Source: Octopus sinensis (lineage: Eukaryota). From it: DNA of 64,000 nt. Below the pieces are notes generated by a model. It saw nothing but the letters and a program-made list of their open reading frames with translations, ran no database searches and had not been told where the DNA came from. The stretch spans positions 85,994,001-86,058,000 of the forward strand of contig NC_042997.1 of the NCBI RefSeq assembly GCF_006345805.1. The letters run 5' to 3'. Position numbers and translations under genes: made by a program. Each line of letters opens with the position of its first letter. Within the stretch, counting starts at the first letter, position 1. Below, one piece after another: positions 47,721 through 60,042 of this stretch.

Positions 47721-48893
47721 AAGGTGCTTATACTCTGTCACACACGCACACTAACATTACACATCCATCGGAGCATACTAGCTTCATTTCTTGCAAGCTT
47801 ACGCATGTCCTCAGCAGTAAGGATTGGGGAGTATTAAGCCTTTGGAGGTGTTTGGGGGAAAGACATCCAATAGCGGTCAGAGGATAGAGACTTTGGTACC
47901 AGTGGTGGGGATGGGAAGGGTAGGCACACCACAAAACAGCAAAAACTCAGGCTGCCAGTGTGAAGGAATAGTAATAATAATAAGATAGAATTGGGCATTT
48001 GCATTCTTAACTGGGGCTATAACCAACAGTTTTTGGTCAGCCAAACTGTGACAAAATTAGAGAAATGAATGAATAAATGACAATAATAAATGAGTGGGAA
48101 AGAGAGGGAGAAGGGAGAAAGAGGTAGAGTTGAATTGAGCTTAGGCATCTTAAGTTTTTTTTATTATTGAAAATTTTTTTTTTCTCTAAACATATGGCAT
48201 GCAAGACGAAACTGTGTTTACATAGATAATGTAATGAAATATTAAAGTAATTATAATTTGCACTATAAAAGAGGTTTTAGACATGTGCTAGGTTGGAGAA
48301 CAAAGTTGCTTATCTGCACATCTTCTGATTTTTACTTCATGTGGAAAGGTATAAAATAATATGAGGTAGGGGAATCTGAATGAGCTAGTTTATATAGGGT
48401 GGGGTGAGCTGGGGTTTAGTGGAGCTAAAGTGTTGGAAGAAACAGGTGTTTAATGAAACTGAGAGAGAGAAAGAGAGAGAGAGCAGGGTTAGCTGGTCAA
48501 AGATAGAAAACGAGGAGACGGAATTTTGGGGATTTAGGGTAACATAATGGAGTGAATGGGTTTAACATTGCCCCTACTGGTGTGAAAGAATAGTAATAAT
48601 AATAATGAGATAGAATTGAGAACTGCGAAACAGCAAAAGCTCAGGCTACTGGTGTGAAAGAGTAGTAATATATCTATATATAGATATAGATATATATATA
48701 CTTTTTATTTGTGGGTATGTATATACACACAAACACACAAAAATGTGTGTGTGTATGAACACAGGCATGCATAAACACATACCTTAGGCTTCTACTCTAG
48801 CCCTTGGTTGACCAGTACCTTGTGAGTGGATTTGATAGATGAAAGCTGCTATTATATATGTGTGTATTTTTGTGTCTCCTTATCTTGATACTG

Positions 48894-49144
48894 TGGAGGC
48901 GTGTGGCTTAGTGGTTAAGGTGTCAGCATCATGATCATAAGATTGTGGTTTCGATTCCCGGACCGGGCGACGTGTTGTGTTCTTTAGCAAAACACTTCAT
49001 TTCAGTTCACTCAGATGGCAAAAATGAGTAACGCTGCGATGGACTGGCGTCCCGTCCAGCTAGGGAACACATACACCACAGAAACTGGGAAACCGGGCCC
49101 TTGAACCTGGCTTGGCTTTAAAAGGGTGCATTTATTTTTTATTA
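48894..49144 (+). mobile_element. tRNA-derived SINE (G-type head, D-type tail) nested in a family-B/C SINE, with 14-bp TSD
   Basis: TTATCTTGA(T/C)ACTG at 48880-48893 and 49145-49158; host SINE spans ~48780-49330. Confidence 0.88.
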
Positions 49145-49626
49145 TTATCTTGACACTGCATGTTAGTTGTACATGATTGTTATATCATACAAGCATTATT
49201 CCGCAAAGACATGTTTGTTTACGTAAAAATATTACCTTGCTTGGAAATAAGCAGTGGTTGGTGACAGTAAGTACACCCATCCATAGAAATCAGACTCCAT
49301 AAATTCTGTCTAACCCATGAAAATGATGAAACTTGTAAGTAAAACAGATAAAATGTCTTAAGCATTCAACTACTAGGTCATTGATTTTGACTCAGTAACT
49401 GGTGTTTCATTGTATTTTTTCACAGACCCACTTTATTCCATGGGAGTTGTGTTTATTTAGTTGATGGAAATAAATACCATTCTGTTTAACAGATAATTGT
49501 AAGACTGTCAAATCGCTTTGAAACTAAAGAGATGTAGAGATCTTTGTTTTATGCATAACTGCTTACAAATTTATCATGCACACAGTTTTAATTAATTTAT
49601 GCAACCATTTTTTTTTTCTTTTATAG

Positions 49627-49683
49627 GTAAGCAATATATTTACGCTGTCTTCATTCAAGAATATGAATTTCTTTGAGAGAGTG
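49627..49683 (+). CDS. Candidate 57-nt exon whose first bases are themselves a 5' splice site (AG|GTAAG)
   Basis: Acceptor T11-C-TTTTATAG (AG at 49625-49626); donor GTG|GTAAGT (49684-49689). Phase-0 frame is open (VSNIFTLSSFKNMNFFERV); the other two frames contain stops. Confidence 0.55.
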
Positions 49684-50469
49684 GTAAGTAAAGACATATT
49701 TGAGCCAAAGATGACCTATTTCAATGTGAAATCTGATCTTTGTTGGAATCAGTATTCTGACAGGTGCTAATGACAGATCCTCTTCATAGTTTCTTGACTT
49801 TTTACTTATAGCAACCAAATTTCCTTCAAATCATGTTTCAAGCTACAATACCTTTGATCATAGATCTTCGTAGTTAGGGTTGATCTGATGCTAAACAGTA
49901 ATATTGTGGATAAATATCAGATATATTTAGTACTTTATCTAACCTTCATAAACTTGGACAAGTTAGAGTTTTTTACTCAAAAAAATTGACAGTGAAAAAC
50001 TACATGCAACTTACCCACTGAACTCTGTGTGGTGGCTGACAATATATCACACACGCACATACACACACACACACGCACACACATGCATATGCATAATTGA
50101 TTGTGCAAGATTGATTGGCCATGTCTCTATTAAGTCTTCATGAATCTCCTCATCAAGAAAAGAAATATATTTTTGACACCATCATGCTTGAGCAGTTAAA
50201 CAAACATAACTGTGGTCATATGTCTTCCCTCTACATGAAATATATTTGCACAGTTCTCTATGGGCCATCTGTAATTCTAATACCCATTAGATGCTGCATA
50301 TATTGTCAGTCAGTCAGAAGGAGAGCCTTAAAAGCACCAGGTTATCAATTCGTTCTGAGCATAGATCATAACAACACATTGCTATGATATCGTTGGTTCC
50401 AGGACATTGCTAGACTGTTTTAGCAATAATTGGAATGGTTTCAGTTTAATATTTTGCTTTTTTATTTAA

Positions 50470-50679
50470 TTCAGATTATTTTGTCAAATGTAATAATTAT
50501 TTATTCACATTGTTTTGAATTAATAAAGCATTATCTCATAGCTTCCAGATTCTAATGATGAGACTGTTTATTTTTAGAATGACATGGTAGGGGAGGTGTG
50601 AGAAGTAGATCTGGCCAGTTCAAGCATAAAACAGATAGAATATTTTAGATTTGATATGGCCAATTTAAATGCTAAATGG
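50470..50679 (+). mobile_element. piggyBac-like MITE M1 (degenerate ends)
   Basis: Homologous to 24321-24525. Confidence 0.75.
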
Positions 50680-53504
50680 TGAAACCCTACTGCAAGTGGA
50701 GTTGTTAACAGTATTTATGAAAAACATGTAATTTATGTACATGTCAAAAACTAAAGCCAAAATATAAACACAAAGAAGGTGATACTTTTCAATCGCTGTG
50801 ACTTATATGATTCATTAGCAATTTCTTTTTCTTCTTCGGTATTATACTTCCAGCTATTGTTCATGAGCTTTCCTAATTAGTTCTGACTGAGCAGGCCTAT
50901 GAATAATGCGTTGAAATCTTGATCGTCTAATCCTTGTTGAAATAATAATGTATCCTCAACTACATTACTCTGGATATCATGTTCTCATCTCTTTTTGAGA
51001 AGGTAGTGGATGTGATTTGGTTTCTATATCAACCAGGTTTGAGTAGCTGTATAGAGGCTTTTGCTTTGGGTCATTCTGCCTTTAATCTGTAGGAGTAAAG
51101 AAGGTTTTGTGCTTGAACTGTCTGCTGGATATTAGTGTCATTTATTTAATAAACCTAGAGGGATGAGAAGCATTGTCAGCCTCCAAACATGACATAAACT
51201 CAGGAACAGGAGCCCATTATCTAGATTTCATAAGCCATCTAATTCCAGTGCTACATCTGTGAGATTGTTTTATTTAATGTTTATTACATTATGAAAGGGA
51301 TTAGTGTCTTAAGTGAAGTTATGTGAAGTAGCAAGGGCTGGAAATGAAAACTAGTTCTAGTATCTTGTTAGAAGCTCTCTTACAACTTATTTGACAGTAT
51401 TTATTCATGCATTTGATGCTGATTATTTGTTTTCTCTGTAGGGAGAAGGTATATGATTTTTCCAGGAAGAATAACCGGATGCTAAAATGTTTGTCTTTCA
51501 CTAAGAGCATTAGTTATACAAGTAAATTGAAATGGCTTTGAGAAAGAGTAAAATTTGCTAAAATACTGCTAATAATTTGGTTTGACTAGAGTTCTATGAT
51601 TGGATTTATTATTTATCAACCACAACCAAGAGGTGGGGGTCATGAGGAATGTCGGTTTGCAGAATGTGTTTCTTTCTCCCTCCCTCCCTCCCTCCCTCTC
51701 CATACACATTGGTTTTAATTCAGAATAAGATACAAATTTAAATTGATACTCTATAAAGAAGTTAATTTAGTCTTTGTTTAAAGCAATTTGCAAACTTTAA
51801 AACCCCTTAAGGGGGCATATACAGTATGTCAAACAGTGTGTCATATTTTCAACATTGTCTGACTTTCATTGCCAGCTAACCCAAAATATATTTTAGTGCA
51901 AGACTAAATATATTTTCTTATATAGAATTAATATTTTAATATTGCTCTATAGTGTGTTTCATAAAGTCCCTTGTTAATTTCTATCTGAAAGTACATGCAA
52001 CTTGTTCCTGCAAAATTTTACTAAAATGATGCAAACATCCATTTTCCCATGCTAACATGGGTTAGACACGGAGTTGTTTGGGGTAGGATTTTATAGACAG
52101 ATGCTCTCCTTCTCACCAACCCATACCTGTTTTTCAAATATAGGATTTTATTTTTGTTCGACATTGATATTCACTAAGAAAGGTTAAAGGTACCCAGGAC
52201 TGTAGACTACTCAGCCATTTACATGCTAATTCAATGAACAGACCATTTCCATTGATCAATCAATTGGAACACTTATCATTGAAACCAAACAAAGATCCAT
52301 TTACACATGCATGCGCACACGTACGCACACACACACATACACATACACACACACGTGGGTGTAAAGTAAAATCATGAAATCTTTATTGAAAATTCCTTCA
52401 CATTGTTAAGCAATCAGATTCCTTTTTTGAACAAATTTACAACTTGGAAAAAAATCATTTCTGTAGAAACTTTTAGCATTAATTTGATTTCTCTTCCATT
52501 TCCTGATAACGTTTAGAAAGAGATAAAAGTTGAGGTAGTGGGGAATGAATTAAATAAAAAAAGAGATAAAATAGCTATTGCTTAAACTGGATTATGAAAC
52601 TAATGCACTGCTTGCTATGTTACCAGAGTAACAAAAGTAGTGTCTATACAGATGTTCAAATCACTAGAAAGAGCAACCAAATCACACCTCATTATCCCAC
52701 CCTACCCTCTTATAAAAGAAATAACTATTTAGGACAATGTGGTTTGAGATACAGTGTATGAATTGAAAACACGAGATGGTCATGACTGGAATGTTTTTGG
52801 TAATAGATTTGCTCTAATGTGACTGACCAGAGTGTAAACAGCAATGTAGATAATTCAGTGAGGGTGTGTGTGTATGATCTCCAAATTTGCTTATAAATAG
52901 CAACCACCTCTCCCTCTAATCCAAAATTATAAAGAAAGGACTTGTTGAATATTCTGTTTCTAGATTTATTATGTCTAAAATTGTTTTGCCTTTCTTTTAT
53001 AATGTGGAATGGCCACGGCTGGAACATCTTTGATCATAGATCTTTTTTATCAGGGCCTACCTTGGACTAAACAACAATATGCCTTTGATTATCAATTATA
53101 AACTTTCCATTTTAAATGCATATGTGGAATTAGATAAAGCAAGCTTACCCATTGCTTGCTTCCACACACAAACATAAAATACACACACAAAAACAACAAA
53201 AAAACCTGACAATTTCTAAAGAATTTCATTATAAAATGCCGACGGCATATATAATGAATATAAATGGCACCAGTGATAGATCTAAGCAGTGTCGAAATAA
53301 ATAAGTAAATAAGCAGAATAGTAAATATATTTTAAAAACCACAAAAAATTCAGCTGCTTCTCCTCAAAGTGGAATTTCTATCATAATCTATTTAGTTTCA
53401 ATTGCAATGTTTTGTAATTTGTATATGTGAAATATAAATCTGCAGGCTTCAAATATTGACCCAGTGAATCTATTCAGAGCTTGAAAGACAGCATAAGGTT
53501 CTAT

Positions 53505-53518
53505 ATATTTATGCATAC

Positions 53519-53575
<57 letters not shown>

Positions 53576-53705
53576 CATATACATATGTATATATACACTT
53601 ATATATATACATATATACATATACATATATATATATATATATACACTTATATATATATATATATATACATACACATACACATATACATGCATGCACACAC
53701 ACACT
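53505..53705. repeat. Complex (TA)/(CATA)/(CATATA) microsatellite
   Basis: Directly visible. Confidence 0.9.
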
Positions 53706-54605
53706 CACACTGGTTTGGTGATGCCAACAGGAAATATAGAACTTAAAACATGAGTATATTTACTTTTTTTATTAATATTTAGCAGAAGCAACAGAGTGAC
53801 TCAGTGTTAGCACTTATCAAATACATGTACATGTGTATTTCTATATTTCTGTGTGTGTGTGTGTGTGTGTGCTTGTATGCGCATGGACGTATGCATGCAT
53901 GCATGCACATGCATGTAATAACAGCAGTAGAAGAACTGAGTTTTCAACAGTTGTTTACTCTGAGGTTTGCATTGTCACTTTTCAAAGCAATATTCAAGTG
54001 AAACTCAGACACACGACTGTTGTATATCCTGTTTTGTTACTATTGTTATTATATTTACCTCTGTATTGACTAATATCTACTTATATTTGAATTAACAAGA
54101 TAGATGTGTGTGTGTGTATGTAGAAAGAAAGAGATATACAGCTGGGTAGATAGTACTCACTTCTGCTCATCTTGTTTTACATAGGCACTTCATCACCACT
54201 ATTTTTATATCACTTTCTAGTTTCACCTGATCACCTCCACCCTCTCTTTTAAAATCTAAATAGTCATGTAGCTCCTCTGCAGCAAGAAATCTGTGCAGCT
54301 CTGGCCCCTTCTCTCATGCATTAATTCCTCATCACCTTGTATAAAGCTGACACCACAGGGTTCATACGCTTGCAAGCTCCATGGCAACATCATTAGTGCT
54401 GATGGCTCAAAAAATGTACTCAGTACACATTGTAAAGTGGGTGGCATTAGAAAGGGCATGCAGTTGTGGAAACATGCCACAGCACAAGAACCTAACACAT
54501 CTGATCCTGTCAAAGCAATCGATCTATGCCCACTAGTGTAAATTGAGTGCTTGCCCTTCAGTTTGTCACCCTCGGGCATTCATAAAGTGCTGCCTGGGGC
54601 AGACT

Positions 54606-55213
54606 GCCCACTCTACATAACTATCTTTCATTTCTTCAGTTAACTTTGTGATCTTGGTCGAAGTTTTTCTCACTTGAGAAAAACCAAATCAAATCAAATC
54701 TTCTGCTGGATTTTTCAGTTTGTTTAAGAGCCTTTTAGATCTGGTGTAGTGATCTTTTGCATTTTCTGACAAATTGACCCTTCCACATCATATAAGACTT
54801 ATATCTGATGGCTTCATGGACAACATTTCTGACTGTTCCTTCTGACACATGGAGATCTTTTGCAATTGACCTCATAGACTTTCTGGGAATGTAATCAATG
54901 GTCTGTTGAACTTGCTAGTGTTCTGATGATTTCAGAGCATTTAGAGTGCTTTTTATGCTTTGATACTGGTGATACATTTTCATCTTCAGTCTCTAGTTCC
55001 TTACAAACTTTGTAGATGAAAGATCTGGTAACTTTTAAAATTCAGGATATTTCTAAATCACGCCTTTATAACCACAATAACAGCATGCTTCTTCATTTCT
55101 TGAGTAAGCTGAGGGTCTGCCATTATTTTTTTTTCTGAAAGATTATACAGAGTTAGCAAAAAATGCAACAATGACCCCCAAAAGGTATGTCCTCAAATAC
55201 CTTATGCACCCTG
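54606..55213 (-). mobile_element. Tc1/mariner-superfamily (maT/DD37D-like) transposon, 5' half
   Basis: End CAGGGTGCATAAGGTATTTGAGGACATACC; ATG at 55123 gives MADPQLTQEMKKHAVIV..; RSKRLLNKLKNPAE..LIWFFSSEKNFDQDHKVN*RNER*LC. Subfamily inferred from N-terminal motifs only. Confidence 0.8.
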
Positions 55214-56269
55214 GCCAGCCATGATCTTTCTTGGCCTGACTACCAGCCACCAACACCTATTATGTCCATCTCCTATGTTCCTGCCTTTAGGCTTTCACTT
55301 CATACATGCCGGCTCAATTTGATTCATTCCCAGTCGAAAGACACCTGTTGTTATTTCTTGTTGTTTGTAGTCATAATTGTGTACCATGTTCTCTGGGTTT
55401 TTTTGTTTGTTTTTTTTTTTGTCTTTGTTGCCGTACACATTTGCTAGCTTTCTTACAAAGGGGTTTAATACTCTTACCTTAGACATTTTTGGGGGCAACC
55501 AGATTGAACCATCTCAAGTGTAACTGCCCGAAATCGTCACGACTTCTGGAACTTTACTGAGGAAAGAAAGCCATATTTGACCTGTCTTTTTTTGCCTGTC
55601 CTTCTAATGGTTGTTTCTCTTGTCCGCCTTTGTATCGTCTATCTCTCTGAATGCTTTAACGTCCTCTATTGCGTTTTTGTTCCATTTTTATGTGTGCGTG
55701 TGTGTGTGTGTGATAGAGAGTGAGAAAAATTATGAATTAGAGGTTATGCAACTGTCTAAAGGATAAATGTATCTGTAAATACTATTGGTGCATTACCTTG
55801 CTGTAAGGTTAACAATAGCTGGTAATTTAAAGGGTAAACCGTGGTTTAATATATTCAGATAAGATAAGAGAAGAAATGAAGCAACATGTAACAATTAGAA
55901 GTTGATTTATCTATTTGAAGCAACTGTACACATGTGCCATCTTTTAAGGATGCAAAGATGTAAGCCTAAAGACCTAATGAACCTTTTCCTTTTTCTCCTT
56001 TTTCTTTTCCTTTTCCTTTTTTTCTCCTGTCAACATTCTTCTGGTAAAGTTCAAATCATTCTGATGTTTGTTACATGGAACGAGGTAAATGCAAGTTTAC
56101 CTTGAAAATAACAAACTGAAACAGCTGTAAATGTTATCTTAACCATAATTAAACTATGATCATTCAACACTAATAATCAGCTTCTAATTGTTACATGTTA
56201 CTCCATTTCTTCTCTTATCTTATATATATATAGTGGGAGTGAACCAGAAACTAGTTGGTATAGTTTCTG

Positions 56270-56545
56270 GTTCACTCCCACTATATGGAATTACAGGCAA
56301 CTGTCTTCTACTATAGCCCAATATATGTGTTTGTGTCTCCTGATATTGATGTCATACATTAGTTATAAACAGATATCATTGTCATACAAGCAGTATCCTT
56401 CATTTAGTCATTTGTGAAAAACTCTCTGGCCATGGAGCAATATTACCTTGCTAGGAAACTTGTGAGATCCTGCTGTAGAAGATCTGCCTAAATAAATTCC
56501 TCTGACCCATACAAACTTGGGAAAATAGACATTAAAATGATGATA
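56270..56545 (+). mobile_element. Family-B/C-tail SINE fragment followed by (TG)n (56547-56600)
   Basis: ..ATATTACCTTGCTAGGAAAC..GACCCATACAAACTTGGGAAAATAGACATTAAAATGATGAT. Confidence 0.7.
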
Positions 56546-56555
56546 AGTGTGTGTA

Positions 56556-56602
<47 letters not shown>

Positions 56603-56609
56603 ATATTGC

Positions 56610-57030
56610 AAACTTTAGGTTAGTTAAAATATGTTTTTGGCGTATTTCAACTGCTAAAAGACAAATTCACTGTAGTTACCATAGAAAAAATTTTTCTCTT
56701 ATGTTAAACATGTGAAAACACCCTGTGTGTTCAGTGTTCCCATCTATCAGGATTACCAGACAGCGATGTTTCTAGCTAATTAGCTCTTATCAATGGGGAG
56801 TAGCTAAGAGAGGCAACTCTGTACATATCTTATAAAGCAATAGCTTTATGTAAAATACAGTCAACAATATTGACTGAATTTTGCTGGTAGAGCACCAATC
56901 AATGTTCAGACATAAGCAAAGTTTAGGTTAGTTGACCGTTGTGAATTTGCCTTTTAGCAGTTGAAATATATCACAAATATATTTTAACTAACCTAAACTT
57001 TGCTTATGCTTAAACACTGCTTGGCACTAA
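56610..57030. repeat. Fold-back arrangement of family-K repeats
   Basis: 56610-56680 is the imperfect inverse of 56931-57002; 56911-56933 is also the inverse of 56987-57009. Confidence 0.8.
56756..56797 (-). ncRNA. Type I hammerhead-ribozyme-like motif (U3-A8 variant), copy 2
   Basis: CCA-TTGATAA-GAGCT(AATT)AGCTA-GAAAC-ATCGCT-GTC|TGG. GUC triplet and stem III intact; G10.1.A11.1 mismatch; 3-bp stem I. Confidence 0.5.
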
Positions 57031-57204
57031 TAATTTGGTAATTTCCATGATCCGGTGATCTGCCAGTGCAGTTCATGTACCTCCTTTATAGCAAGACACT
57101 TGTTTCTGTTTCTCTGTTACACTGTAACCTTTCATCATCTGACACAAGATCTCCTCTTCCAGTGCTCCTCCCCTCTCAAAATTATTTGTCTTTCAAGTTC
57201 CTTG

Positions 57205-57492
57205 GTGACCCTACCAGTGCTGGTGCTCTGTAAAAAACATCTAGTCCACATGTAAAGTGGTTGGAATTTGAAAGGGCATCTGACTGTAAAATCCATGCTA
57301 CAACTGACCTTGCCTGTGCTGTAGAAAGCACTCAGTCCACTCTGCAGAGTGGTTGATGTTAGGAAGGGCATCCAGCCATAAAAACCTTACCAAAACAGAC
57401 AGTAACCTGGGGCAGTCTTCTACCTGCCCAGCTCCAGTCAAACCATTCAACCCATGCCTGCATGGAAGACAGACATTAAACAATGATGATGA
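57205..57492 (+). mobile_element. RTE 3' end fragment (family E)
   Basis: ..GAGTGGTTGATGTTAGGAAGGGCATCCAGCC..GACATTAAACAATGATGATGA. Confidence 0.75.
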
Positions 57493-58178
57493 ATCATGCT
57501 TTTTTTTTACAGTTATTCACTGTTACACTATCTTATTATTCTTCAATTTTTCTTCTTAGTATTATAACCACATCATCTTTGCAGCCTTATATAATCAATT
57601 ACTCCTTGAGTATTTTGAGTACCTTCTTTTATTTTTAACTAACCACAACTGGCACTACCACAATTCACTGCTTCTTTCCGTTATTTCCTCCTCCGTGATC
57701 AATGCAACTGTCCAGTCCCATCTCCTCCACACACACACACCCTTATTTATAACAAGTACCTTACATAACCTAGACATGTCTAGTCAAGCTTGCATTTCTT
57801 AACCTACTATCTTTTAAATTTCTCTCAACTTTTAACCTTAACCATTCACTCTTATGAACCATCCTCACTGTCTTTCTCCTGTCCTTTTACACTTTACTTT
57901 AATATTATAGAGTTATTTTTATATTCCATTTTGTCCTCAATACATTTTTCAATAACTTTTTTTTCATGCAACATCATTCATATAAATTTATCACCACAAC
58001 TACAGCCTTCACTGTCTCTATTGCTTTCTCATCTTAGTAAACTGAAGTGTTGTGAGTCATAACATATGGTCATATTGTAAGAAGAGGATAAACACCATGT
58101 ATATTTACTTTGTAACATTGAGTTCTTACTTGTCATGGATTACTAAAATACATAATCAATATATATATATATAATACA

Positions 58179-58710
58179 CACACTTTCTGACTAAATGATA
58201 AATCTTGGAAAATTCATGAGGCAAATTCAGAAATGATCTTTTAATATATAATTATTAATTTCTTTATTGTCAAACCTCTTAATTACAAGTCAGATTATAT
58301 GATAAATCTTTCACCACCTTGGTATCATTGGACATTTAATTGTTGTTAACTTGTAATTTAAGCAACTTAAAATCTAGTTTCTTTCAACCAAGCAAAGCTA
58401 CAAATCATATAATGGTCGTGTCTAAACAGACCTATTAACCTCTGCTCTTTAATTGGCAAGTTTCCTTCATGTTCTGGTGTTCTTTTTGAGTAGCTACAAT
58501 CAGTTCTGCTTGAGCAGAACAATGTCACAGAAGCAGCCAATGAAATGTTAGTGACCAACATCTCCAGCACTTCAATTAGAAATAAGATGTCCAACATCAC
58601 TGTTAAGGTTGGACTTCATTGTATAAACAGCTGTGTAGTTGTGGCAATCATCATTGTGATCATAATCCCCAGTAGCCATCTTTATTATGGCTATGATAAT
58701 CTAGTGGCTG
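58179..58710. repeat. Copy B of the duplicated segment (uninterrupted)
   Basis: 58392-58516 is identical to 45212-45336. Confidence 0.92.
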
Positions 58711-59029
58711 AAGTAATTGCTACAAAACACTGCATCTTGTTATATTGCACAGTCAAATTTCATTGAATTCAACTTTTATCTTCCTGGGATCAATAAAATA
58801 AATATGCACCAGTAATATATTTGGATCAATTTAATTGATTATTCCCTTTCTTTACAAATTCCTGTTTTGTATTAAAGTTCCAAATCTTTGCTATTTCTTA
58901 GAATGGCATAAGGAAATAATTTATGCCAATATAGAATATAGAGAAGGAAATTGGCAGGGTCATCAGATCATTAGACAAAATGCTTTGTGTATCTATTTCA
59001 CCTTCTTGAATTATTCAACACTTTTTATA

Positions 59030-59234
59030 CCAGCCTGCCTTCAACTGCCCTATTTTATATAAACTTTCTTATTTAAAGCAATTTAAATTAAAATCTTCCA
59101 TCAAAATTACATTTTGATTTATGTTCCAAACACTAGCTTATTAATAGCTAACTTATTTTATGAAATACTTCATTATTTTCACAATTAATTAAATAAAGGC
59201 AATGTATTTCAAGAGAAATATGATAACAAAAGGG
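59030..59234. mobile_element. MITE family M2
   Basis: Ends TGATAACAAAAGGG|TTAA; inverse homolog of 6227-6438. Confidence 0.6.
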
Positions 59235-59864
59235 TTAAATTCAGACAAGGTCAACTTTGTCTTTCTTCCTTCCAAGGATGGTAATTAAGGAACTATTCTT
59301 GGGCATCATTAAAGTAACAGACTAGATGACCTTTGGTATTTGTCATAGCTCTTTGCATCTTTCTGTAGCCAACTCAGTAAACTTAATCTGTTGCTTATTT
59401 TAACTCTACTACCTGGTTTGTGGGGTACCTTTGGCATAGTCCACTCTAATGCAAACACTTAAACCAGATATCCAATTTGAGGATAGCTTCTTCCTTCCCA
59501 TCAGTCTAGGAAGCCTATTAAGGATCATGGGCACTGCCTATAATTCCTGACTAATTAACTTATGGTAGTCTCTCAAGTTTAAAAAAGATTATTCCATAAT
59601 TTCTTGCTGAACAACCTGCATAGATGATTTGTTTATAGGGACCAAATGTTTGAGCTCTACATAAGCTCATTCTCTCCATCAAAATGACATTGCCTGTATA
59701 GGTGCATGGTGTGCCACATGTCATATGTTTGGGAGGGTTTTAAGCACTTGAAAGCTTGTGGGTACCTAAGGTGGTGTCCATTCTACTATTTTTTCCACAT
59801 GGCAAAAGGTTTTTTTTCTTGTTTATATATCTTTATCAAGAAACATTTCTCATGGCCCCAGCAG

Positions 59865-60042
59865 ACAAAATGAAAAAGGCATTGCCCTGGAGGATGATGA
59901 GAGAGATGTTGAAGTGATTGCAGAGCAATATGAAATTAAGTGTTTTGCTCAAGAACACAACATATCTCCCAGTCTGGGAATTGAAACCATGATCTTGTGA
60001 TTATGAGTATGATGCCCTAACCACTAGGCCACACACCTTCAC
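59865..60042 (-). mobile_element. SINE family G fragment
   Basis: AAATTAAGTGTTTTGCTCAAGAACAC..CCCTAACCACTAGGCCACACACCTTCAC. Confidence 0.7.

Noticed and set aside
55493-55538. GGGCA..TGCCC-GAAA-TC-GTC, the 3' half of a hammerhead
   Set aside because: No CUGANGA-like core upstream and no stem I partner; at best a truncated relic.
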